The notes under the pieces: generated by a model | What the model was told of the DNA's origin: nothing | The model's input: the letters and a program-made list of their open reading frames with translations, nothing else | Database searches by the model: none | Part shown: piece by piece, positions 51,214 through 64,000 of the stretch | Position numbering within the stretch: the stretch's first letter is position 1 | Layout of the letters: every line of letters starts with the position of its first letter | Source of the DNA: Eledone cirrhosa | Taxonomy: Eukaryota | Assembly: GCA_964016885.1 (NCBI GenBank) | Contig: OZ024743.1 | Span: 226,858,001-226,922,000 of the forward strand | DNA length: 64,000 nt | Direction of reading: 5' to 3' | Translations under genes and position numbers: made by a program

Positions 51214-51639
51214 GTGTGCGTCTGTCCGTCTGTTTGTTTCTGTGTGTGCGTGCGTATTTATGTATGTATATGCCGCATGTAATTTTGTTTATATAATGTA
51301 CTGTCGACGGTGTGTTCATTTAGTCGCCAGTCTCCATCGTGTGGTGTTGCATGCATAAGCAATACAATCTGATTACAGGACGCTGAAATTAAACAGTTTC
51401 CATTAAATTACACAGAACAGTAAACTTCCTGCTAATTGCATTATTAAGTTTCTTTAGAATATTGAATAAAATTTCGAAGCTGGTTCGAGGAAGGAAAATA
51501 GAGTTAAAGAAAGAAGAAAAACATAAGCAATATATTCTGCCAGAAACGGAGAAAGGGAAAGGATATAGAAAATAAACTTCAAGGATAGAAACCATGAAAT
51601 TCTTTGATGAGCGTGCTGTAAGGATGGTTGGTTAGAAAT

Positions 51640-51737
<98 letters not shown>

Positions 51738-51746
51738 TTTAGATAG

Positions 51747-51781
<35 letters not shown>

Positions 51782-51814
51782 CATATACACATCTATATAC
51801 ATATACATATACAC

Positions 51815-51893
<79 letters not shown>

Positions 51894-51943
51894 ATTTACA
51901 TATACATATACATATACACATCTATATACATATACATATACAC

Positions 51944-52002
<59 letters not shown>

Positions 52003-52118
52003 TTTGCTTAAACTTTAATCTGTTATTTTAATAAATATTTGCTCTAAGGTTCTTATATATTTGATATATATTTATCCTTATCGAGCCCGCTTTGGATTTT
52101 AGTCTTCAAATTTATTAT

Positions 52119-52123
<5 letters not shown>
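52003..52123 (+). repeat. 3' fragment of the 50770-51124 family including the full tail
   Basis: Reverse complement of ~50770-50892, embedded in (TA)n. Confidence 0.8.
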
Positions 52124-52215
<92 letters not shown>

Positions 52216-52411
52216 AGATTTATGTATGCATATAAAGGGTTTTAATAAATCCCACTCACCACCTTCGACGTGTATACAGTGAGACATACATATTCTGTTG
52301 TCGAATAATTTGTTGCACGCCTTGAATTAGTCTTTATCTGAATATTATATATTATATATTAATGTATATATATATATATATATATTGTGTACGCATATAT
52401 GTATATATATC

Positions 52412-52456
<45 letters not shown>

Positions 52457-52607
52457 CACACACTCACACTCACGCACCGTTTGGCTCAGTTTCTTCTCGA
52501 CATATTGATTTAAGTCCAATCATGAAGAACAGAGCCTCTTATACAGTACCTTCGTGATAAATCATACGAATATTTGCATATATGTATGTATATATATATA
52601 TATATGT

Positions 52608-52641
<34 letters not shown>

Positions 52642-52643
52642 AC

Positions 52644-52764
<121 letters not shown>

Positions 52765-52824
52765 ATATATATACATATATGCGTACACAATATATGTGTG
52801 TATGTGAGTGTGTGTGTATGTATG

Positions 52825-52856
<32 letters not shown>

Positions 52857-52861
52857 TATAC

Positions 52862-52898
<37 letters not shown>

Positions 52899-53451
52899 GC
52901 TTCGAGCTGTCTAATATTTTTGTCAGTTTTGCAAGCATTTTAAAGTAAACTTCTCTCATTTGATTTACATCAATCTAAATCCATTCTCCCCAGAACACTC
53001 ATAAAAGCCCACACACATGCATACACAAGCACACACACACACATTCCCACAAACTCACTATTTATATAGGTATATTTGCATGTATGTGTATGCGTTTGCA
53101 TACATATATACGTTATTTGGAGAGATATTTGTCAATTTCCTCGTATATATAAAAATACATAAAGCCCCATATAACTCAATATCTTAGATTATTTGTATGT
53201 GCTTGTCATGTATGCTTATATATTTTCGTGGAGTAGTAGTGTTGATGAGGGAGGGGGCCCCAGATTGCACTTGTCCTTCATTCCCACTAATAGAAATGAA
53301 AATTCTGCAATAGCCAAACAATCGTCAACTTTACATTAAAATGAAAATATTAATAGATGTCATGGCCAGACACAAGTTGGCGCCACTTGCAATAGTGGCC
53401 AAACAGAAAAGCAAAATCTAAAAGAAATTTACCAATCTCCCTCCCACCTCT

Positions 53452-53502
<51 letters not shown>

Positions 53503-54073
53503 GGGATTGTCACAGAATACACGTTTTATGGAATAGTACAAAATGTTAAGTGTGAGTAGTCTAAGCTAAAACTCATTTCTCAACTTCTCTGATGTGATCT
53601 GACAATCTTTTCTAGTTATGATAACATGATAAAGCGGTGAAAGATAAAGATTAGTGTGTTTTATAATATGTTTCATGGCACAAGTAAGAGATGGTGCCAG
53701 AAAACAGCTAAAGTTCTTCAAAAATCAATCTCTTGTGCATTGTTCCAGATGAAAGTATACAGAGTTAGAACCTGTCTAAACCTGCAAAGACCGGAATCTG
53801 AAGACCTCTGCACAACGCTTTTCAGACAACAGGACAGATAAAATAACAAACTTCACGACTTTCATAAGTACTAACAGCAAAGTCATCTATAAACTGATGC
53901 GGAGACACATACACCCCACTGACACTGATACACAAACACCCCCTCCACACACAAACGCACACACACACACACATTAATATATATATATATATATTAAATG
54001 ATTATATATCTTTATTTAAGCTTTAACATTTCTGTCTGTCTTCCTGTACATCTTGCCACTTCTCTCAATATCT

Positions 54074-54823
54074 ATATACATATATATGTGTGTGTGTATA
54101 TATGTATGTATATATGTATATATGTGTGTATATATGTATGAATGTATATACATATATACAAACCATCATACATATATATGTGTGTGTGTATATATGTATG
54201 TATATATGTATATATGTGTGTATATATGTATGAATGTATATACATATATACAAACCATCATACATATATATGTGTGTGTGTATATATGTATGTATATATG
54301 TATATATGTGTGTATATATGTATGAATGTATATACATCTATACAAACCATCATACATATATATGTGTGTGTGTATATATGTATGTATATATGTATATATG
54401 TGTGTATATATGTATGAATGTATATACATCTATACAAACCATCATACATATATATGTGTGTGTGTATATATGTATGTATATATGTATATATGTGTGTATA
54501 TATGTATGAATGTATATACATCTATACAAACCATCATACATATATATGTGTGTGTGTATATATGTATGTATATATGTATATATGTGTGTATATATGTATG
54601 AATGTATATACTTATATACAAACCTTCATACATATATATGTGTGTGTGTATATATGTATGTATATATGTATATATGTGTGTATATATGTATGAATGTATA
54701 TACTTATATACAAACCTTCATACATATATATGTGTGTGTGTATATATGTATGTATATATGTATATATGTGTGTATATATGTATGAATGTATATACATATA
54801 TACAAACCTTCATACATATATAT
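54074..54823. repeat. 92-bp minisatellite built from microsatellite motifs (~8 copies)
   Basis: The anchor tacaaacc(a/t)tcatac recurs every 92 bp, and ORF-track starts are also spaced by 92. Confidence 0.92.
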
Positions 54824-55068
54824 GAAAGCATACATACAATACATACATTGATCCGATATTCATTCAATTAGATCTCTCCTTCCACTCCAAAGGATTTTTA
54901 AACGTTTCGAAGTTTAGCTCGTTCTTTCACGTCAATGAACCCTGAATACAATTTAATTACTCAGTGAGAGGAGTTGATCCAGAAACTCATGCGATCAATA
55001 TTAAGAACCAACCATCCAGCCAACAGGGCATATATATATGTATATGTATATATGTATATGTATATATA

Positions 55069-55100
<32 letters not shown>

Positions 55101-55834
55101 TGTCTATAATGCATGTCTATCTTTGTGTGGGTGTGCATAGTATTGTCCTTATGGAAATATGAATGTAGAATACGTACACACACCGATGTATATATATATA
55201 TACAAAGAGAGAGAGCGGATGCGGAGAGGAGATAATAGATCTCCTATGATTACAATGATATCTTATTTAAAATAAAGGACCAGGGACTTTAATTTGATGG
55301 CATGTTCAGAACAATGTATCATGAATACATTACCTAATGTGGGCAAATATATTAAAAGTATTCATTTCATTATAATTTCCCTTCTCTTTCTCTTACTTTC
55401 ACTTAATCACTCATTATCCTCCGCTTCTAACTGTCTTTCATTTCGACGTTATATCTATATTAATCATTCTCTCATTCTCACATATTCCTTCGTTATCACA
55501 CCACTGTCTCTCCCTCTCTTTTATTTTCAAGTCATCCATGTATTTCTCATCCTCGCCTTCCATAACTACATGCCAACTTCATTTTGCGATTTTTTTTCAT
55601 GTATGTTGCAGACGACGCGAAGGGATTTAGACAATCATATCGACCACAGTGTACATTTCGTTAAGTCTGGTATTATTTTATCGATTTCATTTTGCCCAAC
55701 TGCTCGATTACGGGACATAAACAGTAAACAACACATACGTACTTCCATACTCTCATCCCATATATATATATATATTGAGAGAGAGAGAGAGAGTATTTAC
55801 GTATCGAGAGAGAGAAAAATATATATATATATTT

Positions 55835-55909
<75 letters not shown>

Positions 55910-56031
55910 GGAGGTGAGTGTTATTGTAGTACAATAAAGCAATGCAGATATCGGATAAGAAGCACTCTACAGTTTGTGGGACTGGAGTATGCATAATATA
56001 AGATCAAAAGATGGTTAAAGGAGTTCAATAT

Positions 56032-56100
56032 ATTTTATTATGCGCATTTCAAAAACAAACATCATCAAACAATAATATTTGTGTTTTCATCAGATAAAAC
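56032..56100 (-). ncRNA. Minimal type I hammerhead ribozyme (mirror copy)
   Basis: Reverse complement of 56223-56291. Confidence 0.82.
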
Positions 56101-56222
56101 AGGAGAACATGATATGAAGGCTAAAAAAACACTTGTTGATAGTGCAGTTTTAAATCAACATATGTTGATTTAAAACTGCACTATCAACAAGTGTTTTTTT
56201 AGCCTTCATATCATGTTCTCCT

Positions 56223-56291
56223 GTTTTATCTGATGAAAACACAAATATTATTGTTTGATGACGTTTGTTTTTGAAATGCGCATAATAAAAT
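56223..56291 (+). ncRNA. Minimal type I hammerhead ribozyme
   Basis: gttttat-CTGATGA-aaacacaaat...gtttgttttt-GAAA-tgcgca-TA-ataaaat, with palindromic ATGCGCAT in stem/loop III. Confidence 0.82.
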
Positions 56292-56349
56292 ATATTGAAC
56301 TCCTTTAACCATCTTTTGATCTTATATTATATATATATATATATATATA

Positions 56350-56504
56350 TTGTTATACTTTGGGAGGGTCATGTTGCCAATAAGAAACACACGCACCAGT
56401 GCGTGTGTTTCTTATTTGCAACATGACCCTCCCAAAGTATAACAATATCGGTTTCAACACACGATTTCAGATAAAGAATCTTGCTAAACAAATTCAGAAA
56501 CGAA
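56350..56504. mobile_element. Mini-palindrome of the 34998-35870 family (3' end only, no HHR)
   Basis: Arms 56350-56396 and 56399-56445 with a 2-nt loop. The tail 56446-56504 matches the reverse complement of 34998-35058. Confidence 0.82.
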
Positions 56505-56626
56505 ATATATATATATATATGTATATATATTTATACATGTATATATACATATATAGATATATAGATATATATATATATGTATAAATATATATATATATAT
56601 ATATGTATAAATATTTATATATATTT

Positions 56627-56667
<41 letters not shown>

Positions 56668-56686
56668 TATATATATATATGTATAA

Positions 56687-56721
<35 letters not shown>

Positions 56722-57422
56722 TATACACGAGGTATACCCACACAATTTCGAGGAAGCTCATGTGAAAACTTTTCTTTTACCATTTACTTTATTAACTGAT
56801 TCTTTCTTCTTCTCTCATTGTATTTATCTCTCTTTCCCTCTCCCTTTCTCTACTTCTCTTTCTGTTTCCACGACCACTCCTCACTCAATATATATTGCCC
56901 ACACGCCTTTCTCCTATGTTTATGCTAGATTGCACCAAAGATTTGTTTGACTAACATATAGTTCCCAATAATTATCTAATTAAGTCTTTCAGTCGACTAA
57001 ATAGTAAATCTAGTGTGATTTAGTATCAGCATTCGAAGATGAGATAGACTATTTGTCTATATTTCATATTTCTTTTAATCTTACTGAAGTCAATGATTTC
57101 AGAGGAGTAAATACGACTCCGTATATGTCATATATAATTATATACATGTGTCAGTGTGTGTTTGTGCGTTTATGTGTACGCATATGCGCCAATATCTGTA
57201 AAAGTATGCATGTAAACAAGCATGCTCACACATACATACATATAGATGTATAAGAATGTATAAGAATGTATGTTTAGTTAAGTCAATACTAAAGCATTCC
57301 CCCGGACACTAATACATATGCACATTTCACACATACACATAGACACTCAATCAAACATGTACACACACATGTATGTATATGAATATATGTGTGTGTGTAT
57401 ATATATACATACACACACACAC

Positions 57423-57524
<102 letters not shown>

Positions 57525-57572
57525 TAATATAAGTATTTTATACATATTTGGAATTGTACATGTATGTATGTT

Positions 57573-57636
<64 letters not shown>

Positions 57637-57962
57637 GGAAAATGATTGCTTAGCAAACTATGAAGTGCTCAAACATGTAGAATTATACGATGAAGGAGAT
57701 ATGAGAACTAAACTTATTAGATATGTTCGTGTATTTTGGATGACGGTTACCAAATGCAAACAGTAGGATTCTGGCATCCTCTCAAAGAAGATTATTACAA
57801 AATATCTACTTTTTATACTTTAACTTGATGTATTCCTTCTAAATGGATTCTCTACGAACAGCTTGTCACTCTCTCTCTCTCTCTCTCCCTCTATCACTCT
57901 CTTTCACTCACACAGGCAAATACACACACTCTCTCTCTCCTTTCTTCTTTGTGTACATATAG

Positions 57963-57993
<31 letters not shown>

Positions 57994-58071
57994 CATATAT
58001 TTGTATATGTATATATATAGACATACACGCACACACACACACATACATATATATTATTATTATATACGGAC

Positions 58072-58323
<252 letters not shown>

Positions 58324-58687
58324 GCGTGTGCGTGTGTCTGTATGTGTTTATGCACATATTTATATTGCAATGGAAATCCGTCGATTTCGCCCTTGATTGT
58401 TCTAGTTTTGTGAATTACGGAGCAAGATGCTCTGAAATTAACGAAAAAGACGGACCTTTCCACGGACAAATACTGTAACAAGCCTACCATTTTGTATTAC
58501 ATGGGCAGTCCACTTGATAGGCATTCGGACTATCTATACATCTAGACGTGAATTGACCAGAGACTATGATAGTAAACACCTCTTCATGTCACCAAGCAAA
58601 GTAATCATATCCTGGACCTAATATTTGGGGATCGAAAATCTTAAATATTCGGCTATCCTGCCTCCATGCAGAGCAGACTCATCAACT

Positions 58688-58760
<73 letters not shown>

Positions 58761-59461
58761 CATTTTTCATTGTTGAGGTTCAACAGTCAAACAAGTGTTC
58801 AGATGTTTGTGCCATTATGATGATTGAAGTTTGATCATATCTTGTGATGAAACGATTGACCCCTTCGATTTATATTAAATAAAGTATCATTCTGGGCCTG
58901 GGTCTGTTCTTTTAGTATCTCTCTCTCTCACTTTATCTTTCACTCCTTGCCTTTCTCTCTATCTCATTCTCTGAAAATAAAACCCCAGCTCTGCTCCACC
59001 ATGGAGGACGAGTGTTACTGTCAAATTTAAAATACTTAAGATATACCCGTTTAGAGCTCTATCACGGGTTAATGCCCCATTCATGCTTGTATGTACGATC
59101 ATGGGTGACTTGGGAATAATTTTACGAACATCCACAACATTAACAGCCATGAAGACAGAAAAGCCACGTAGACAGAGTTGGGAACGTAATATACTTCTGA
59201 TCGTCACTACGCTACACGTGGCACTGTTTTTACTACATTGTCATTATGACTAATATGAAATGTTGAATCACAATTAAATAATGATTACGGTATTTGACAC
59301 AAGCAGTATCAATAAAATATCTCTACTATACACGACTGCAAAATTCAATACTCTATTATACAATGCATTACAAGTGAAAATTACATTAAAAGATGTGTGA
59401 TAAATGAGCATATAGATGTATGTATGTATGTTTGTATGTATGCATGTTTACATATACATGC

Positions 59462-59549
<88 letters not shown>

Positions 59550-60219
59550 AGAAAATTTCATTTTATGTTGATAATAAATACATGGCTAGTCAGCTTCTAA
59601 AAAGTGAGATTCAATAAGCCACTGAAAGGATGGGGGCTAGATTAGGACACATCGTAATAAAATAGTAATAAAAATAGTAACAGTGATCGAAGTTTTGAGA
59701 CATTAACAGAGCGTGTGTAGTTTATCTTTTGTTAATAAATGGCGGACATTAGCAAAGAATTATTTCGGCCATTGTTGTGGCAGCGTTGGCTATCATTTGT
59801 TTGTACAACTTTCCATGCATGGAACACTGTTGAAAAGACTGCTTTCTATAGCAAACACAGAATCCAGAGAAGGTATCAGTTTATATTGAGCTTGTCCCCA
59901 ATGGATACAGTATATTGGCCGATACTGAGTAAGAAAATTTCATTAAATGGACAGATTTTGTCAAGCCAACCGATTTTATATATATAAAGTGAATGGAGGG
60001 GGATAACTAGAGAAATTAACTGAGAGAGAATGAAATAGTGAGATAAAGATGAAGAGAGTGTCCTTGTATAAGTGATGATGAGATATAGAGGGGGAGAAAG
60101 TAAAAAAAAAAAAAAAAAAAATATGAAATAGGTTTATAAATAGAGCTATAGGAACAGTAGTGAGAGAGTGAAAGTGCCGGAGAAGGAGAAAGAAAAATCG
60201 AATGAATAACTGAAAGAAA

Positions 60220-60256
<37 letters not shown>

Positions 60257-61514
60257 AAAAAAGAAAGAGAAAGATAGGAAGGAATAAAGGAAGAAAGATA
60301 AAAAGAAACAAAGAAGGTAAAAAGAGATTAAATAAATGTGATGGAGGCGGAAATCTCGCAGAGAAAACTCATTTTACATCTGCATGTAGCAAATTAGAGT
60401 TGAAAGGGTTAAATCGACAAGTATTTTTGAAGACTGTAGACACGTTTATTCCTCCAACTGTTCGTAAATCAACGAAGCGTTTCTTTATATTTATGCATGT
60501 ATAGCCGGCACAACAAGCACCGATGCAAGTAAGGTAGAAAAAGTTATTACTTCCCTAGTGTCCACTTCACAGCTTTGGTTTTTATACCAGAGAGATTGTT
60601 TTTCTGAAGTCTATTTTCATCTAGTTTATTTGCCTCCTAAATCAGTCGTTTCTCTTCTTCTGTGCCTCTAAAATCCCGTCTGTAATGTAGAGTATATTGG
60701 TTGATCAAAACCCATGAGCAAAGCATACATTCGTTACATCAACTGCAACCATCTCATTGGCTTATTAAACACAGTGAATAGAAAGCTTTGTCATGGTGCA
60801 AATGTGCTGATGAATGAATGAATGAAGCAAACCACACGGAGAGAAGATATTCTTTGTGGTAGAAAGGAAGAGTGATTTCCTCAATAAACTTCATTCAAAC
60901 TTTGAGATGCCCTTTATATCACTGATGTGAATTGCAACTATGCTTTTGTTGTAGAAAGCTTTTTTTCTATTCCGTGTGGAGTAATTATAAACTGCCAGAG
61001 AAAGATACAAAAAAAGTATACATTTAATTATAAAATAGCAGAGATAGTTGAGACTGCATTTTATTAACAGGGTAGCTCAAATAGCTTCTTAATAAACATG
61101 TCTAAAGTAAATAAAAGTAGCATGAAAGAAAACTTGAGTGAGCAATTCACAGGTAGATCATCAAATTGCTGTTTCAATGGATTCTGTTTCACACCTATGG
61201 ATTTCTCTGTTAGGTATATTCATTTTTGAATGACTTTGCGCACATATACAAACATCATGCACATACGTAGCACATTCAACTGTAGCCATTTAATTCTCTT
61301 CTTCAAATACAGGGTTGATGACTTAATGAATACAGTAAACGTTTGTTGGTCAAGAGCTCAAATTCTACTTCAACTCACCATGTATTTGAATATTATTTGG
61401 CTATATCCTTTTTCAAACCACAGCCTATGACCGCAATAAAGGGAAAACATATTAAGTACTACGGATCTAGATAGATTATATCTGAAAATACGTAGTATTA
61501 TCATTACCAGAATG

Positions 61515-61730
61515 CCTTCGATAAAACTGCTCCGGTCCATTCATATTATACAAATGAGTTGAAGCTGTAATTCAAAGGGTCAGAAAATGTGTCAAACTGG
61601 ATCTCTGTGAGAACGAGTTAGGATTGCACGTATCTGTGGCATCCTCGGTTACTTATGAGTAAATTTACCAAACAGGTGGTTTCCTCGTCCAAACAACTAC
61701 ACAAATCGTCTGCGCTAATGACGGAGGTCC
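61515..61730 (+). mobile_element. Old SINE-like repeat (family 2), decayed
   Basis: tgctccggtccattca..aaatgagtt..ctgtaattcaaaggg matches the reverse complement of ~2520-2580. Confidence 0.4.
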
Positions 61731-62620
61731 AATACACACAAAGACAGTAACTAGAATCAACTCATATTTTTCATAACCAATTTATTTATTAACTAGGTAC
61801 CATTAGTATGTATTCAGATAGATCCAGAGAAGCTACATAAAGCCATTCCGGTTTATCCTAATCTGACAAATATTTTCATTTAAAGTAAATGTGGAATTAC
61901 AGAAGAAATAGTGTAGAATTGAATTTCAGATTGTGATGGTAATTGTAGACCCTGTTTACTATTGTAGCAAACCTATTGTAGCAAATAAAAAAAAGAAAAT
62001 GTTTTGTTTTTTTAAATTCTAAACTTTTCCGAAATTTAAAACCTTGTGTTTACTCAAAAAGAAACTTGTAGTTTATTTAGTGCTGTAAAGCAATAGAAAT
62101 AAATTTAGTAGGACGGAACTACGGGCTGAAACTTTACCTTTACATTCTATTTATATCAAAATGCTGCTACAAAATATATGAATTTCACATAAACAATTGT
62201 CTAGGCTGTTTACTGGCTACAAAATTCTTTTCGATTCGAAATATATTCATCAACAACGACGTGATACCACTGATATGCAAGTCAGGATAATTAAGCATTC
62301 ATCAAAATGGTTTACGTAGCTATGATTATTTAAGCATACAAAATGGCTTCTTAAAATAATATGGAGGTCGTCACCTTGAAGAATGTACAGGAAAATCTCT
62401 ATTGATTACATCTGTAGCGAAATAATATATGTAAATCCTTCAGAAATTCGAATCGAATAAATCCATCGTTCGAGAAAAGCACTTGGTTACATACATAGTT
62501 ACGTCAAGAAATAAATCTCGCAAACTTTATATATTAATCCTTAATCTTTACCTCGGGAAAGAGAGTAAACGTATAAGAAAAAAATAATTGAATAAACACA
62601 ATTTTCAAACAAGGCAAACA

Positions 62621-62638
62621 ATAATAATAATAATAATG

Positions 62639-62681
<43 letters not shown>
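62621..62681. repeat. (AAT)n microsatellite
   Basis: Direct read. The adjacent 62685-62765 may be an L1/Tx1 3' UTR remnant on the minus strand. Confidence 0.9.
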
Positions 62682-62684
<3 letters not shown>

Positions 62685-63145
62685 TTTCTTTAATAACCAC
62701 AAGGGTTTACATAAAGTAGACATTAAGGACAGTGCAGGACAATGCAGGACGGTACAAATGGGCATTTTTGCGTGTAAAAAACAAAAACAGAGGATGTAAC
62801 AAAAAATAATAATAATAATGCTATAACAATAATAATAATAATAATACTAAATATGATAATGATAATAAAAAATGAAACTACATAAAGAAAGTAGTTTTAT
62901 TTTCAATTTAACCTATAGCAAAATAATTCTCTTTTGATTGGAAGAACTAAGTAAGCAACATATTTTTATAACCAAGAAGTATTGCTTTGTAGGATATGTA
63001 TGAGGGAAAGGGGGAGAAAGGGGAAATATTGACTTGAAGAGAAAGTGAGAGAAAGGGGAGGAGCAGAAAGAGGAAGTGGATGAGAAGAAATATGAGACAC
63101 TGACGTGGTTACTTACTGGTTGTGGGGATTGCAACGGAAATATAC

Positions 63146-63335
63146 AATAATTGTTTCTACTTTAGGCACAAGGCCAGCAATTACCCAGTACATTACTGGT
63201 ACTTTATTTTATCGACCCCGTAAGGATGAAAGGCAAAGTTAACCTCGGCAGGATTTGAACTCAGATCGTAAAGGGACGTAACTATGCTAGAAAGCATGGC
63301 GTCCAACCCTCTACCGACACTGCCAATTCACCGCC
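63146..63335 (-). mobile_element. SINE family 1, full length
   Basis: Reverse-complement match to 985-1172. Confidence 0.88.
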
Positions 63336-63586
63336 CTTTATAATAATGTAGCAATCAGTTACGTCTTCTATGCAAGATTAATAATGTAGATAGCTTACAC
63401 GCATGCGCACACGTAAAACACACGTGGGTGCGTGAATGAGTGTATGTGTGTGTGTGTGTGTGTGTGTGCGTGTGAGTGTGTGTGTGGAGTCTTTGTGAAA
63501 CATTGCTCTTCTTTTCATTTCTGATTGTCTGCTCATCGTTTTGTCTATTTGTCAATCTCCCCGCTCTCTCTCTTTATATATATATA

Positions 63587-63621
63587 CTAGCTGGCTCATC
63601 CCGTTGGCACTCGGCTACCAT
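63587..63621 (-). mobile_element. Possible 3' terminus of a second Helitron
   Basis: Minus strand ccg-agtgccaa-cgg, ~9 nt, CTAG|T. The hairpin is weak, and a minisatellite lies upstream as in the first Helitron. Confidence 0.35.
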
Positions 63622-63709
63622 TGGCGTGTTCTACGGCATCCATATATATATATATATATAACTGACGTACCTAGTTTCATTTGGATAAGCAGACGATAAG
63701 CCGTCTGTG

Positions 63710-64000
63710 TTATATAGTATTGCTGTTGAAAATATATACTATAGTATGACTGTTGAAAACATATAGTATTACTGTTGAAAATATATAGTAGAGAATAGTA
63801 TTACTGTTGAAAATATATAGTATAGTATCACTGTTGAAAATATATAGTATAGTATTAGTGTTGAAAACATATAGTATACTATTACTGTCAAAAATATATA
63901 GTACAGTATTACAGTTGACAATATATAGTATAGTATTTCTGTTGAAAATATATATTATAATATTACTGTTGAAAACATATAGTATATTGTAGCATTACTG
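63710..64000. repeat. Degenerate ~25-30 bp minisatellite running off the window
   Basis: Repeated tagtattactgttgaaaa(t/c)atatag. Confidence 0.85.

Larger units (their letters stand above)
55907..56330. mobile_element. Non-coding HHR element forming a 338 bp spacer-less palindrome
   Basis: 55993-56330 is self-complementary about caacat|atgttg (56161/56162), with one mismatch seen. Left tail 55907-55992, (TA)n flanks. Confidence 0.88.

Noticed and set aside
55294-55917. 207 aa ORF
   Set aside because: Low-complexity, TTG start, runs into (GA)n/(TA)n, and has no domain or splice evidence.

Overview
This is AT-rich, repeat-dominated eukaryotic DNA with no recognisable host exon. The dense (TA)n tracts and the SINE families suggest a cephalopod (Octopus-like) genome, which is an inference. 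Most of the ORF track is microsatellite noise. The coding elements are: (1) a young Penelope-like retroelement (PLE; RT plus GIY-YIG, Neptune-type Cys linker) arranged as a ~2.87 kb head-to-head inverted duplication (16421-22840), whose basic upstream ORF is joined to RT by an in-frame U_UUU_UUA -1 slippery site; (2) a full-length 7.1 kb Helitron (39916-47062) with frameshifts; (3) decayed L1/Tx1, R4/Dong and RTE LINE pieces; (4) many tRNA-derived SINEs. The main hidden signal is a set of type I hammerhead ribozyme (HHR) folds read directly from the sequence. Eight sequence-unrelated elements (the autonomous PLE and seven non-coding ones) share one architecture: (TA)n, minus-strand arm with HHR, spacer, plus-strand arm with HHR, (TA)n, with exactly one arm carrying an extra 40-100 nt 3' tail. 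A ninth HHR family forms a ~622 nt tandem unit, like a retrozyme. Together they look like a (TA)n-targeted PLE/retrozyme system that builds palindromes. All folds were made by eye, and coordinates may be off by a few nt.
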